From: Halomicronema hongdechloris C2206
GTDB lineage: Bacteria > Cyanobacteriota > Cyanobacteriia > Phormidesmidales > Phormidesmidaceae
Direction of reading: 5' to 3'
Assembly (NCBI RefSeq): GCF_002075285.3
Contig: NZ_CP021983.2
Coordinates: 2,820,001 to 2,852,000, forward strand
Length of the DNA: 32,000 nucleotides
Of the stretch, positions 24,374-32,000 are shown piece by piece. Every line of letters starts with the position of its first letter. Within the stretch, counting starts at the first letter, position 1. The position numbers and the translations under genes were made by a program. The notes beneath the pieces were generated by a model, which saw nothing but the letters and a program-made list of their open reading frames with translations, did no database searches and was not told the origin of the DNA.

Positions 24374-27300
24374 TTAGGCCACCTGCTGCTGGTCTGTGGG
24401 CTCTGCTTCGGCCAACTCCGCCAGGAATTGCAAGGCCTTGGCCACATAGCGAGCACACTCCCGAGGAGGCTGGCCATAGAATGCCTGCCAGGCAGAGGCT
24501 TTGTCGGTATCGTAATCGACGGCACGCTCAGGATGGATCTCTAGCCAAGCCAAGCGTACCGCATGGCCTATCAACACATCCAAGACCATATAGTCCTCAA
24601 ACTGCAGCTCGGGATTACCCTCCACCAGGGCAGCCAGTTCCTGCAGGGCCTCGACGGTGAGATGGCGATATTCGGGAGCCTGAATCTTGTTCAGTAGGTG
24701 ATTCACCCGCAGGGCGAAATTCTGCTCTCCTGGAGTCATCTCCGATAGCACCACCTGGCTATCGAGGCGATTGCGGCGCTCTAACTTATCGCCGATGACA
24801 ATGCCTCTACAGTGGCGCAATAGTTGCCAAACCCCGGTGTAGAAGCTATCGGGCAAGCGATTGATTTCGCCATCAATGCGCCGTTTCCGCAGCCAATCGC
24901 CGTCTTTTGGCAGGGTAATTTCCTTTTGGGGCACCACCTGCCAGTCGATGGCGGCGGGATGGCTGACATGCAGGGATTCCTGACGGAAGAGGGTGCTGTT
25001 GAGGCCCTGGTAGCCCGCTAGCACCTGGCGCAGGCGCAGCTTGATCTCAAAGGGACTGAGGCCCATCAAGTGTTCGTAGGCCTCATCCTGGCTGACACGA
25101 AGTTCGTGGCTCAGTTCACTGGTCAGTAGCAAGATCAAGTAACTGATCCGCAAGGTGAGGAGGCCATCGAACAGAGTCGGTTCGGTCTTAATCAGCACGC
25201 TAAGGTAAATCAAGATCTCCTGGCTGAGGGCGTGCTCCCGCACATCTTCACTGCAGAAGGTGCGAATCTTGGCCATGATGTCGCCATGGGGCATGGGATC
25301 TCGAATCACAGCAGCCTGGCTGTAGGCCTTGCCGACGGCAATATGCTTCTGGCGCACCAGCAGCTCTGTCACCGAATCCGATAAGCTGATGTCGACTTTT
25401 TCGAGCAACCCGGCGGCTCGACGGACGATGCCCCAGTGCTCCAGCTTGCCCGCCTTAATATAAATTTCATTCAGCAGATCAGCCACGGTGACGGCCCGAG
25501 TAGAGTCACCTAGGCCCGTATTAAACTCGAGGCCCTGTAGCCGCTTCAAGCTACTGAGCAGTTCAATCTGTTCGTAGAGGTTGTCTGACTGGCGCAGGAT
25601 GGTCAGCAGCCGCTCCAGGTCTGTTTCTTGCTCTAGGTCAAACTCCTCGATGATGGAGAGGGGCCAGACATTATCTGGAGTCAAGAGCAGGTAGGCAGAC
25701 GAAATCAAACGCCCCATCAGGGAAGAGCGGCCCCAGGGATACCCATTGACATCGTCGATGCGCTCACTGCCGGCAGTGAGCAAGAGTTGATAGAGGGGAC
25801 CGAGGCAGACCGGCACACTACCACAGGAACCTGACTTCAGCTCCTGCAATAGCGTCAGCAGGGGAGATTGGTGGATGGGCTTGTGGCCCAACTCGAACAT
25901 GGCATGGGTGAGCCACAGGGTAACCGTGGGTCGCCCCGGTTCATGCCAGTGCTCATGGATATAGGCCAGTTCACTGCGGATTTGAGCTACCAGAAAGTGG
26001 TAATCGAGGGTGAGGTAGAATTGCTGCTGATCGAGGCAGGAAGGTAGGAACAGCACCGTCTCGCCACCGATGTGAAAGGCGCGGGAGGTCGTGAGGCTGC
26101 GCAGACGCCGCACCGGACGACCGCTGAGCCCTAGCTTGTCGTTGCGACCGATTTCGGCATAGATGGCCGATAATTCCCCGGCAGGATAGATCTGCATCGG
26201 CTCCAGTTGCGATGGTCGCGGACCGGCCTGCGGCCATCGCAACTGGGTCACGATGCCAAAGGTGGCCAACTCCGCCTGCAGGGTCTCATCTTCAGCCACC
26301 AGGGCAATCTGCACGATGGGATGACGAGTATGGGTGACACGCAGGTGACGCCCCAAAGGGTCCAGATCCCCCGGCTTCAGTAGCCCTTGGGTCAGCAACT
26401 GCCCCAGCACATAAAGGCTTTGAGCCCAGACCAGGGGCACATTTTCATTAGGGCGACGGGGCTGACTCCCCGGCTGCTGCCGCTCCGCCTCTAGGTGCTC
26501 AACCGGGACATAGTACACCTCCGGCAATAGGAGCCAGCCATCCCGTTCGACAGCCAGGGCCTGCAGGCGAGTCTCGTAGACGCGAGCCGTTTCAGTCTCA
26601 CCGCGAAACAAAGCCTCGAGCCAGAGGTAGGCAAAAAATAGCGGCCACTCACACTCGATGTGCTCAAACTGTTGCAATTCTTCGGGCTCGTAGTGCAGCC
26701 GGGTAGTATCTTCGATCACGGTTTGGTGACCATCCCGCAGAAAGCGCTTGCAGCCGTAATTCCCCTCTAGCTTGTCGATAATCTTGGCCCGGGTGAGCTC
26801 GATCACATTGGCATCTCCCATGGCAAAAGCCGGAAACCCCAAAATGCTCAGCAGCGCCGCATCCACCTCCTTAGAGCCAGACTCCCGCGGCAGTAAAGAC
26901 TCTAGGGTAATGCGAGCCCGGGCGATTTCATCGGGCAACACATGCACCACCGCCGACTGGCCCCCGCGGACGCCAAACAGATTCAGCCCCTGCATCGCCT
27001 CCAAAGCAGCCTTAGCCATGCCCACAGAACTAGCGTTGAGTTCCGGGCGACCGTGGTTCAGCTTATTACCCCGCTCCCAGATGCCATAGTCGGGGGTGCG
27101 GTAGGCCCGACCGATGTAATAGACCAAGTTCTGGATGAAATTGACCTCATCCAGGGTGTAAATGATTGCTAGCCCGGAGGCGGTCATCTGGGCCAACATC
27201 AACAGATAGAGGGAGGTGGCATCGAGCTGCAGGTGTCCCCATTCCTCATCGCCCACCACCGTCGTGGCGGTGGCCGTGTGGTATTTGGCATGGAGGGCAT

Positions 27301-27673
27301 TGAGGGGATCTTGGGTCTGCTTAAACTGCTCCACCTTGGCACTCTGCTGCATCATGGCGAAGAGCAGCCCTCGCATCAGCTTGACCACACTCTGCTCTAG
27401 TTCGTAGGTGCGGCCCCAGTTTTCGTCCAACTTGCGGTAGGCTAAGGCGACGCCCCATACCGCCAAGATGCTGTAGACGTTATCCCGCACCCAGGCATCG
27501 GTATAGTTACCGTGGACGGTCACGGCGGTGCTGGCCGGCAGCAGGCCCGTGACGGGATGCTGCCGCTCTAGGATGACCGCTTTGACCTGCTGATAATAGG
27601 GCTCTAGATGTTCCCAACGGGATTTCAGAGATGAGGTGGAGGGGTGAATGCCAGACAACGGCGTACTCTCCAT
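24374..27673 (-). CDS. GH15 (glucoamylase-like) domain protein, full-length homolog of phosphorylase kinase alpha/beta regulatory subunits
   Basis: Seen: 1099-aa ORF. The N-terminal part (TGLLPAS...YTDAWVRDNVYSILAVWGVALAY...WGHLQLDATSLYLLMLAQMT...YGIWERG...ELNASSVGMAKAALEA) fits GH15. The C-terminal part (WLRKRRIDGEINRLPDSFYTGVWQLL...SEMTPGEQNFALRVNHLLNKIQAPEYRHLTVEAL) matches, from memory, the conserved C-terminal blocks of animal PHKA/PHKB. Confidence 0.85.
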   Translation of the reverse strand: MESTPLSGIHPSTSSLKSRWEHLEPYYQQVKAVILERQHPVTGLLPASTAVTVHGNYTDAWVRDNVYSILAVWGVALAYRKLDENWGRTYELEQSVVKLMRGLLFAMMQQSAKVEQFKQTQDPLNALHAKYHTATATTVVGDEEWGHLQLDATSLYLLMLAQMTASGLAIIYTLDEVNFIQNLVYYIGRAYRTPDYGIWERGNKLNHGRPELNASSVGMAKAALEAMQGLNLFGVRGGQSAVVHVLPDEIARARITLESLLPRESGSKEVDAALLSILGFPAFAMGDANVIELTRAKIIDKLEGNYGCKRFLRDGHQTVIEDTTRLHYEPEELQQFEHIECEWPLFFAYLWLEALFRGETETARVYETRLQALAVERDGWLLLPEVYYVPVEHLEAERQQPGSQPRRPNENVPLVWAQSLYVLGQLLTQGLLKPGDLDPLGRHLRVTHTRHPIVQIALVAEDETLQAELATFGIVTQLRWPQAGPRPSQLEPMQIYPAGELSAIYAEIGRNDKLGLSGRPVRRLRSLTTSRAFHIGGETVLFLPSCLDQQQFYLTLDYHFLVAQIRSELAYIHEHWHEPGRPTVTLWLTHAMFELGHKPIHQSPLLTLLQELKSGSCGSVPVCLGPLYQLLLTAGSERIDDVNGYPWGRSSLMGRLISSAYLLLTPDNVWPLSIIEEFDLEQETDLERLLTILRQSDNLYEQIELLSSLKRLQGLEFNTGLGDSTRAVTVADLLNEIYIKAGKLEHWGIVRRAAGLLEKVDISLSDSVTELLVRQKHIAVGKAYSQAAVIRDPMPHGDIMAKIRTFCSEDVREHALSQEILIYLSVLIKTEPTLFDGLLTLRISYLILLLTSELSHELRVSQDEAYEHLMGLSPFEIKLRLRQVLAGYQGLNSTLFRQESLHVSHPAAIDWQVVPQKEITLPKDGDWLRKRRIDGEINRLPDSFYTGVWQLLRHCRGIVIGDKLERRNRLDSQVVLSEMTPGEQNFALRVNHLLNKIQAPEYRHLTVEALQELAALVEGNPELQFEDYMVLDVLIGHAVRLAWLEIHPERAVDYDTDKASAWQAFYGQPPRECARYVAKALQFLAELAEAEPTDQQQVA

Positions 27674-27684
27674 GAAGACATTGA

Positions 27685-27707
27685 GACGTTAAGCAATGCT
27701 TAACGTC
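27685..27707. repeat. Perfect inverted repeat (11-bp arms, 1-nt centre) in a divergent promoter region
   Basis: Seen: GACGTTAAGCA-A-TGCTTAACGTC lies 12 nt upstream of the ATG (27671-27673) of the GH15/PhK-like gene and 234 nt upstream of the ferritin-like gene. Confidence 0.9.
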
Positions 27708-27940
27708 AGACCCTACAACCGTAGCAAATCTAATGCAACTGCCGAGGCCACCGACACCGCTGTGTGGTCATCGACATGGCCAATTCAACTCTGTCTTCCC
27801 CGGGTTAAGGACTCTAGTGTGGGGTTGCCGTTCACGTCTCTGGCAATTAAACCGGGCAATCGCGGGGATCTATTGATAAAGTATCTTAACAAAGGCAATG
27901 CCTACCCTGATCAATACTACAGGTTGACTACAGACTATTC

Positions 27941-28375
27941 ATGAAAGATCTCGATACCCACAGCACCATTGGGCTACTAAACCAGATTATGGAGTTTGAG
28001 CTAGCGGGGGTGGTTCGCTACACCCACTACTCATTGATGGTGACCGGCCCCAACCGCATCCCCATTGTGGATTTCTTCAAAGCTCAAGCCAGCGAGTCGC
28101 TCCTACATGCCCAAGAAGCGGGGGAAATCATCACCGGCTTAGAAGGTCACCCCAGCCAGCGTATCGCCACCATCGAAGAAACCCATCGGCACTCAGTCAG
28201 AGATTTACTGCAAGAAAGTCTCAGCCACGAACAAAAGGCCCTCAACATGTACAAAAAACTCCTGGGCATCGTCGAAAACGCCAGCATCTACCTAGAGGAA
28301 TATACCCGCACCAAAATCGGTCAGGAAGAAATGCACAACCTGGAGATCAAGAAGATGCTGCGAGATTACAGCTAG
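27941..28375 (+). CDS. Ferritin-like / bacterioferritin-family protein
   Basis: Seen: 144 aa with LLNQIMEFELAGVVRYTHY...FFKAQASESLLHAQEAGEIITGLEG.P...LLQESLSHEQKALNMYKKLL...EEYTRTKIGQEEMHNLEIKKML. Known: the E...E..H...E..E..H spacing of four-helix ferroxidase proteins. The subfamily is not resolved. Confidence 0.8.
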   Translation: MKDLDTHSTIGLLNQIMEFELAGVVRYTHYSLMVTGPNRIPIVDFFKAQASESLLHAQEAGEIITGLEGHPSQRIATIEETHRHSVRDLLQESLSHEQKALNMYKKLLGIVENASIYLEEYTRTKIGQEEMHNLEIKKMLRDYS

Positions 28376-28382
28376 AAGAGGG

Positions 28383-28530
28383 GTGAAGAGTGAAGAGTGA
28401 AGAGTGAAGATTAAGTCACTACTCGTTACTCGCCACCCCATCACCCCATCACCCCATCACCCCATCTCCGTTCTCCATTCTCCCCATCCCCCCATCCCCC
28501 CATCTCCCCACCTACTCACCACTCGCCACT
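28383..28530. repeat. STRR-like repeat cluster filling the intergenic region
   Basis: Seen: (GTGAAGA)x4 lie at 28383-28410 and (CACCCCAT)x4 at 28434-28465. CCCCAT-type degenerate units and CACTCGC x2 extend to about 28530. Confidence 0.9.
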
Positions 28531-28538
28531 CGCCAACC

Positions 28539-29345
28539 ATGATCCTCGACACTGCCACCCAAGTTACCCTCACCACCCGCAAGCTGACGCTGGCCTACGA
28601 TGGCAACGTCGTTATCCAGGGGCTGGATTTAGCCATTCCCCACGGCCAAATGACGACACTGGTGGGGCCTAATGGCTGCGGTAAGTCCACTTTGTTGCGG
28701 GGCATGGCGCGCCTGTTAAAGCCAAAGGGAGGCACCGTTTACCTAGACGGTGATGCCATTGCTCACTTGCCCACCAAGGAATTGGCTAAGCGTCTGGGGA
28801 TTTTGCCCCAGAGCCCTGCGGCTCCAGAGGGACTGACGGTGCGGGAGCTGGTGGCCCAGGGCCGCTATCCCCACCAAAACTGGTTGCAGCAGTGGTCGCG
28901 GCAAGACGAGCTGCAAGTAGAGGCTGCGATCGCAACCACCCACCTGCACGACTTTGCCAACCGCCCCCTCGATACCCTCTCTGGGGGACAGCGGCAACGG
29001 GCTTGGATCGCCATGGCTCTGGCCCAAGACACCGAGACCCTGCTGCTGGATGAACCGACGACCTATTTAGACTTAGCCCATCAAATTGAAGTCCTAGATC
29101 TGCTCTATCACCTCAATCGGGATGCCGGCCGCACCATTGTCATGGTGCTCCACGACGTCAATATGGCCTGCCGTTACAGTCATCATTTGATTGCTCTACG
29201 TGACGGCGCCGTCATCGCCCAAGGGCATCCATCTGATGTGGTCACCGAAGCGCTGGTCAAGCAGGTGTTCGATCTAGACAGCCGCATCATTGCCGACCCA
29301 GTGTCCAATACGCCTCTGTGCATTCCCGTGAGTCAATCGTTGTAG
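28539..29345 (+). CDS. ABC transporter ATP-binding protein, FecE/FhuC (iron-siderophore importer) type
   Basis: Seen: [22 protein letters not shown]...[25 protein letters not shown] (Walker A), [32 protein letters not shown] (signature and Walker B) and VMVLHDVN (H-loop). The start is taken at ATG 28539; the tracked ORF extends upstream through repeats. Confidence 0.88.
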   Translation: MILDTATQVTLTTRKLTLAYDGNVVIQGLDLAIPHGQMTTLVGPNGCGKSTLLRGMARLLKPKGGTVYLDGDAIAHLPTKELAKRLGILPQSPAAPEGLTVRELVAQGRYPHQNWLQQWSRQDELQVEAAIATTHLHDFANRPLDTLSGGQRQRAWIAMALAQDTETLLLDEPTTYLDLAHQIEVLDLLYHLNRDAGRTIVMVLHDVNMACRYSHHLIALRDGAVIAQGHPSDVVTEALVKQVFDLDSRIIADPVSNTPLCIPVSQSL

Positions 29346-29433
29346 GGCTGGGAACCATTTTAGTCGGTCGCCAGTGGGCTATGGGCATGGGGCATTGATG
29401 CTATTAAAACAGCGCCACCACAAGGTTAAGGGA

Positions 29434-31410
29434 TCAACGATGGGAATCTAGGTCTTGCCAGAAGCCGGGGCATTGATGCCAGAATTCAACCGGCTTTCCA
29501 GAGAACGTCACGTTTCCAGCCTCCAACAACATCACCCAATCAGCTTGGTTTAAGACAGCACGACGGTGGGAGACGATGAGGAGAGTGGGCTGGAGGGCTG
29601 GGGTAACGGGGTGATGGGGTAACGGGGTAGCCCTATGACTCCCTCCCTCCATCACGCCCCCACTCCCCCACTCCCCCCCTCTGCTACTACTCCCCAACAA
29701 CCGTGCCCACAGGCGTTGCTCCGTCTCCACATCCAGGGCACTAGAGAGGTCGTCAAACACCAGCAACTCGGGTTGGCGCAGCAACATGCGGGCGGCAGCA
29801 GCCCGTTGTTTTTGTCCCCCCGACAGCCGAACACCGCGGGTGCCTATCAACGTGTCGAGGCCATCGGGCATAGTGGCCACATCTTGGTCGAACACCGCAG
29901 TGGCAATGGCACTTTCCAGGTCGGCCGAAGCGTTAGCAGCGTCTAGCCCTAACAGCAAGTTCTCGCGCAAGGAGGTGCTGAACAGTTGGGGAATTTGCGG
30001 GGTATAGGCAGCCCGAGGCGGCACCAGGACATTCGCCGGATCGTCAACCGGCTGACCGTTCCAGAAGATTGAGCCCGACTGTTTTGGCAATAACCCCAGC
30101 AACACTCGCAGCAGGGTCGTCTTGCCCGATCCAATCCGACCCGTAATCACCACCAAGCTGCCTCGCTGCAGCGTAAAGCTAATGTCGGTAATACCGTTAG
30201 CGCTCCCGGGATAGTAGTAGGTCAGTCCCTCGACCCGCAGTGCTTGTAGTGACTCTGAGGCTGTTGCCGGTAAGGGGGACGGCAACGGGGGCTGGAAACC
30301 CAGGATAGGTTTGAGGTAAAGGGGGTGGGGCTGGGTGAGAGGGAAGGTGGGTCGCTGGGTCGGTGGGTCGCTGGGAGGTTGAGATTCGACTATTTCGTTG
30401 GGATTAGACTCGCCCCCTCGCCCCCTTGCCTCCTCGCCTGCGCCTATCAGCCCTGCCATCCGCTCAAAGGACACCTCACTTTGCTTGGTGGTGGCTAGGA
30501 AACCGCCGAAGAATGCCAAAAAGTAGGTAACGAAGGAGAGGTAGTAGACGAACAGGGCAAAGTCGCCGACGGTTAGAGTCCCTTGGGTGCCAAGGCTTTG
30601 GGAGGCCAGCAATAAAATTAGGCCCGTGCCGAGGCTGACGATGCTTTCAAAGCCGGAGTCAAGGATGGCACTGAAGACTTGGTCGCGCACCATCAGACGG
30701 CGTCTGCGATCGCATCTGTCCTGCAACTCCTCTAGCATGCGGGGCTCAGCACCCGCTACTTTCACCGCCTGCACCGCGGTGAACATTTCACCGATCAGCC
30801 CGGTGACCTGCTGGGTGGCCTGGCGGCTGGCGCGGCGATAGCGTTTGAGTCGGTGTTCGGCTCGCTGCGCCAGGGTTGCGATCGCACATAGAGGCAAAAA
30901 CACCAGCAGTGTCATGGTGGGATTCACGCTCAGCAGCAGCGCCACCGACCCCACTGCAAACACCCCGGCCGCAAAAATCTCGTTGGTGCCGACGACGGTA
31001 TCTTCTATCTGAAAAGCATCATCGCGAAAATAGCTGAGAATTTCCCCAGGGGACGTATTTCGACCATTAGCCCCACCAGTGGCCAACTCGGCTCCAGGTC
31101 GTTTCAGCAGTTCAACCAAAAGATTGTGCCGCACCAGCCCACTGATCAAAAACCGGTGCTGGGTCTTAGTGATACGGCCAGTAAAAATCGCCACCACCCG
31201 CGCTAATCCAGTGGCCAGCAGCAGCCCGATCCACCCCCAGGGAGACCAGCCCAGATGAGCGTGATCGGTCAGACTATCGAAAAACCCACGAATCAAGATG
31301 CCCGGTACCGCTGGCAGGCCCAAGATAAATAACCACAACAGAGTATCGACCCAGTAGAGACGCTGGGCATAGCGGATGAGCTGCCAGAGGAGCTGGTGGA
31401 TAGGGGGCAT
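29434..31410 (-). CDS. ABC exporter, fused permease + ATPase (MsbA/ABCB-like) with two low-complexity insertions
   Basis: Seen: the start ATG at 31408-31410 gives MPPIHQLLWQLIRYAQRLYW. A six-helix-type TMD follows, then the NBD with GRIGSGKTTLL (Walker A), LSGGQKQRAAAARML (signature), LLVFDDLSSALD (Walker B) and LLIVSHRR (H-loop). Confidence 0.88.
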   Translation of the reverse strand: MPPIHQLLWQLIRYAQRLYWVDTLLWLFILGLPAVPGILIRGFFDSLTDHAHLGWSPWGWIGLLLATGLARVVAIFTGRITKTQHRFLISGLVRHNLLVELLKRPGAELATGGANGRNTSPGEILSYFRDDAFQIEDTVVGTNEIFAAGVFAVGSVALLLSVNPTMTLLVFLPLCAIATLAQRAEHRLKRYRRASRQATQQVTGLIGEMFTAVQAVKVAGAEPRMLEELQDRCDRRRRLMVRDQVFSAILDSGFESIVSLGTGLILLLASQSLGTQGTLTVGDFALFVYYLSFVTYFLAFFGGFLATTKQSEVSFERMAGLIGAGEEARGRGGESNPNEIVESQPPSDPPTQRPTFPLTQPHPLYLKPILGFQPPLPSPLPATASESLQALRVEGLTYYYPGSANGITDISFTLQRGSLVVITGRIGSGKTTLLRVLLGLLPKQSGSIFWNGQPVDDPANVLVPPRAAYTPQIPQLFSTSLRENLLLGLDAANASADLESAIATAVFDQDVATMPDGLDTLIGTRGVRLSGGQKQRAAAARMLLRQPELLVFDDLSSALDVETEQRLWARLLGSSSRGGEWGSGGVMEGGSHRATPLPHHPVTPALQPTLLIVSHRRAVLNQADWVMLLEAGNVTFSGKPVEFWHQCPGFWQDLDSHR

Positions 31411-31440
31411 GGGGATGCAGGTAAGTGGGCAGTAAGGTTT

Positions 31441-31522
31441 AAGTGTTGAATTTTTAGTTTTGAGTTTTGAGCTGAAGCATGGCTGGTAGAACTCAACACT
31501 CAAAACTAAGAACTAAAAACTT
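31441..31522. repeat. Imperfect palindrome built from AT-rich heptamers
   Basis: Seen: TTTTTAGTTTTGAGTTTTGAG (31451-31471) faces CTCAACACTCAAAACTAAGAACTAAAAA (31492-31519). The right arm reads as heptamers ACTCAAC/ACTCAAA/ACTAAGA/ACTAAAA. It lies between the divergent exporter (start 31410) and Uma2 (start 31657) genes. Confidence 0.7.
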
Positions 31523-31656
31523 ATCCACCCATCCACTTTCCCATCCTCCCACTTCCCAAAGGAGCCCTAGACGGATTTTTTCGACCGCTCAGCGGAGTTT
31601 TATGCATACCCTACGGATCGCTTTAGAATTGGAGGATAGTGCGGCGGGTGTGGGCC

Positions 31657-32000
31657 ATGATGTCTCTGACTCTGGACCTTCAATCGGCGGACATTGAATT
31701 GAGTGATGAGCAGTTTTATCGGCTCTGTCAGGCGAACCGCGATTTACGGCTAGAGCGCACTGCGGCAGGACAGTTGATCGTTATGCCGCCCACAGGATGG
31801 GAAACCGGGAATCGGACCTCAAGATTGGTTCAGCGGCTAGGTAACTGGGCTGATGTGGATGGAACAGGGATCGGGTTTGACTCTATCTACAGGCTTTCGA
31901 TTACCAAACAGGGCGTCCGATCGCCCGATGCCGCTTGGGTGAAACGAGACCGGCTGGAGGCCCTGAATCCTGACCCAGACAAGTTTTTGCCGCTCTACCC
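31657..32000 (+). CDS. Uma2-family (DUF820) endonuclease, 3' end outside the window
   Basis: Seen: MMSLTLDLQSADIELSDEQFYRLCQANRDLRLERTAAGQLIVMPPTGWETGNRTSRLVQRLGNW...SPDAAWVKRDRLEAL, open to the window end. Known: LERTAxGELIxMPPTGxETGNRN and SPDAAWV are Uma2 hallmarks. Confidence 0.8.
   Translation, partial: MMSLTLDLQSADIELSDEQFYRLCQANRDLRLERTAAGQLIVMPPTGWETGNRTSRLVQRLGNWADVDGTGIGFDSIYRLSITKQGVRSPDAAWVKRDRLEALNPDPDKFLPLY

Noticed and set aside
27871-27890. TATTGATAAAGTATCTTAAC upstream of the ferritin-like gene as a possible Fur box
   Set aside because: Only about half the positions match the GATAATGATAATCATTATC consensus. This is too weak to call without a PWM score or conservation data.
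28404-28538. N-terminal 45-codon extension of the FecE-type ATPase ORF (..[26 protein letters not shown]..)
   Set aside because: The extension is entirely STRR repeat read in frame. The conserved ATPase begins at ATG 28539.

Overview
This is a cyanobacterial chromosome segment. Evidence: more than ten HIP1 octamers (GCGATCGC), psb28, cpcS, a Psb32/TLP18.3-like gene, pentapeptide-repeat and SLH proteins, and abundant heptamer STRR-type repeats. The left ~9 kb is accessory. It holds a partial VapB-like antitoxin with an internally deleted PIN toxin, then a cas4-cas1-cas2 adaptation operon and a 15-repeat CRISPR array (37-nt repeat, I-D-like). These are followed by an acyltransferase and pyrG, an aldo/keto-reductase remnant, an unknown membrane protein and an 8 x 21-bp tandem repeat. 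A second CRISPR array has no cas genes in the window (6 copies of an unrelated 35-nt repeat). About 375 bp of heptamer/38-mer repeats separate its last repeat from a degenerate terminal repeat. The remainder is mostly core genes: cpcS, an HExxH protein, a secreted protein, a pentapeptide-repeat protein, cobH and a psb32-like gene. Next come a DUF948/YtxH/small-membrane-protein trio, a DUF1565+SLH protein, psb28, moaB, pip and a PEP-CTERM 5'-nucleotidase. The window ends with a histidine kinase, a 1099-aa GH15/phosphorylase-kinase-alpha/beta-like protein, a ferritin-like protein, a FecE-type ATPase, an ABC exporter and a partial Uma2 nuclease. No complete new multi-gene system is provable from sequence alone. 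The best leads are the cas-less, repeat-disrupted second array with its neighbouring 21-bp tandem repeat, the PhK-like giant protein paired with a kinase, STRR-like repeats inserted in frame in an ABC exporter, and several short-homopolymer or locally compensated frameshifts. All family calls are from reading the translations; no searches were run.
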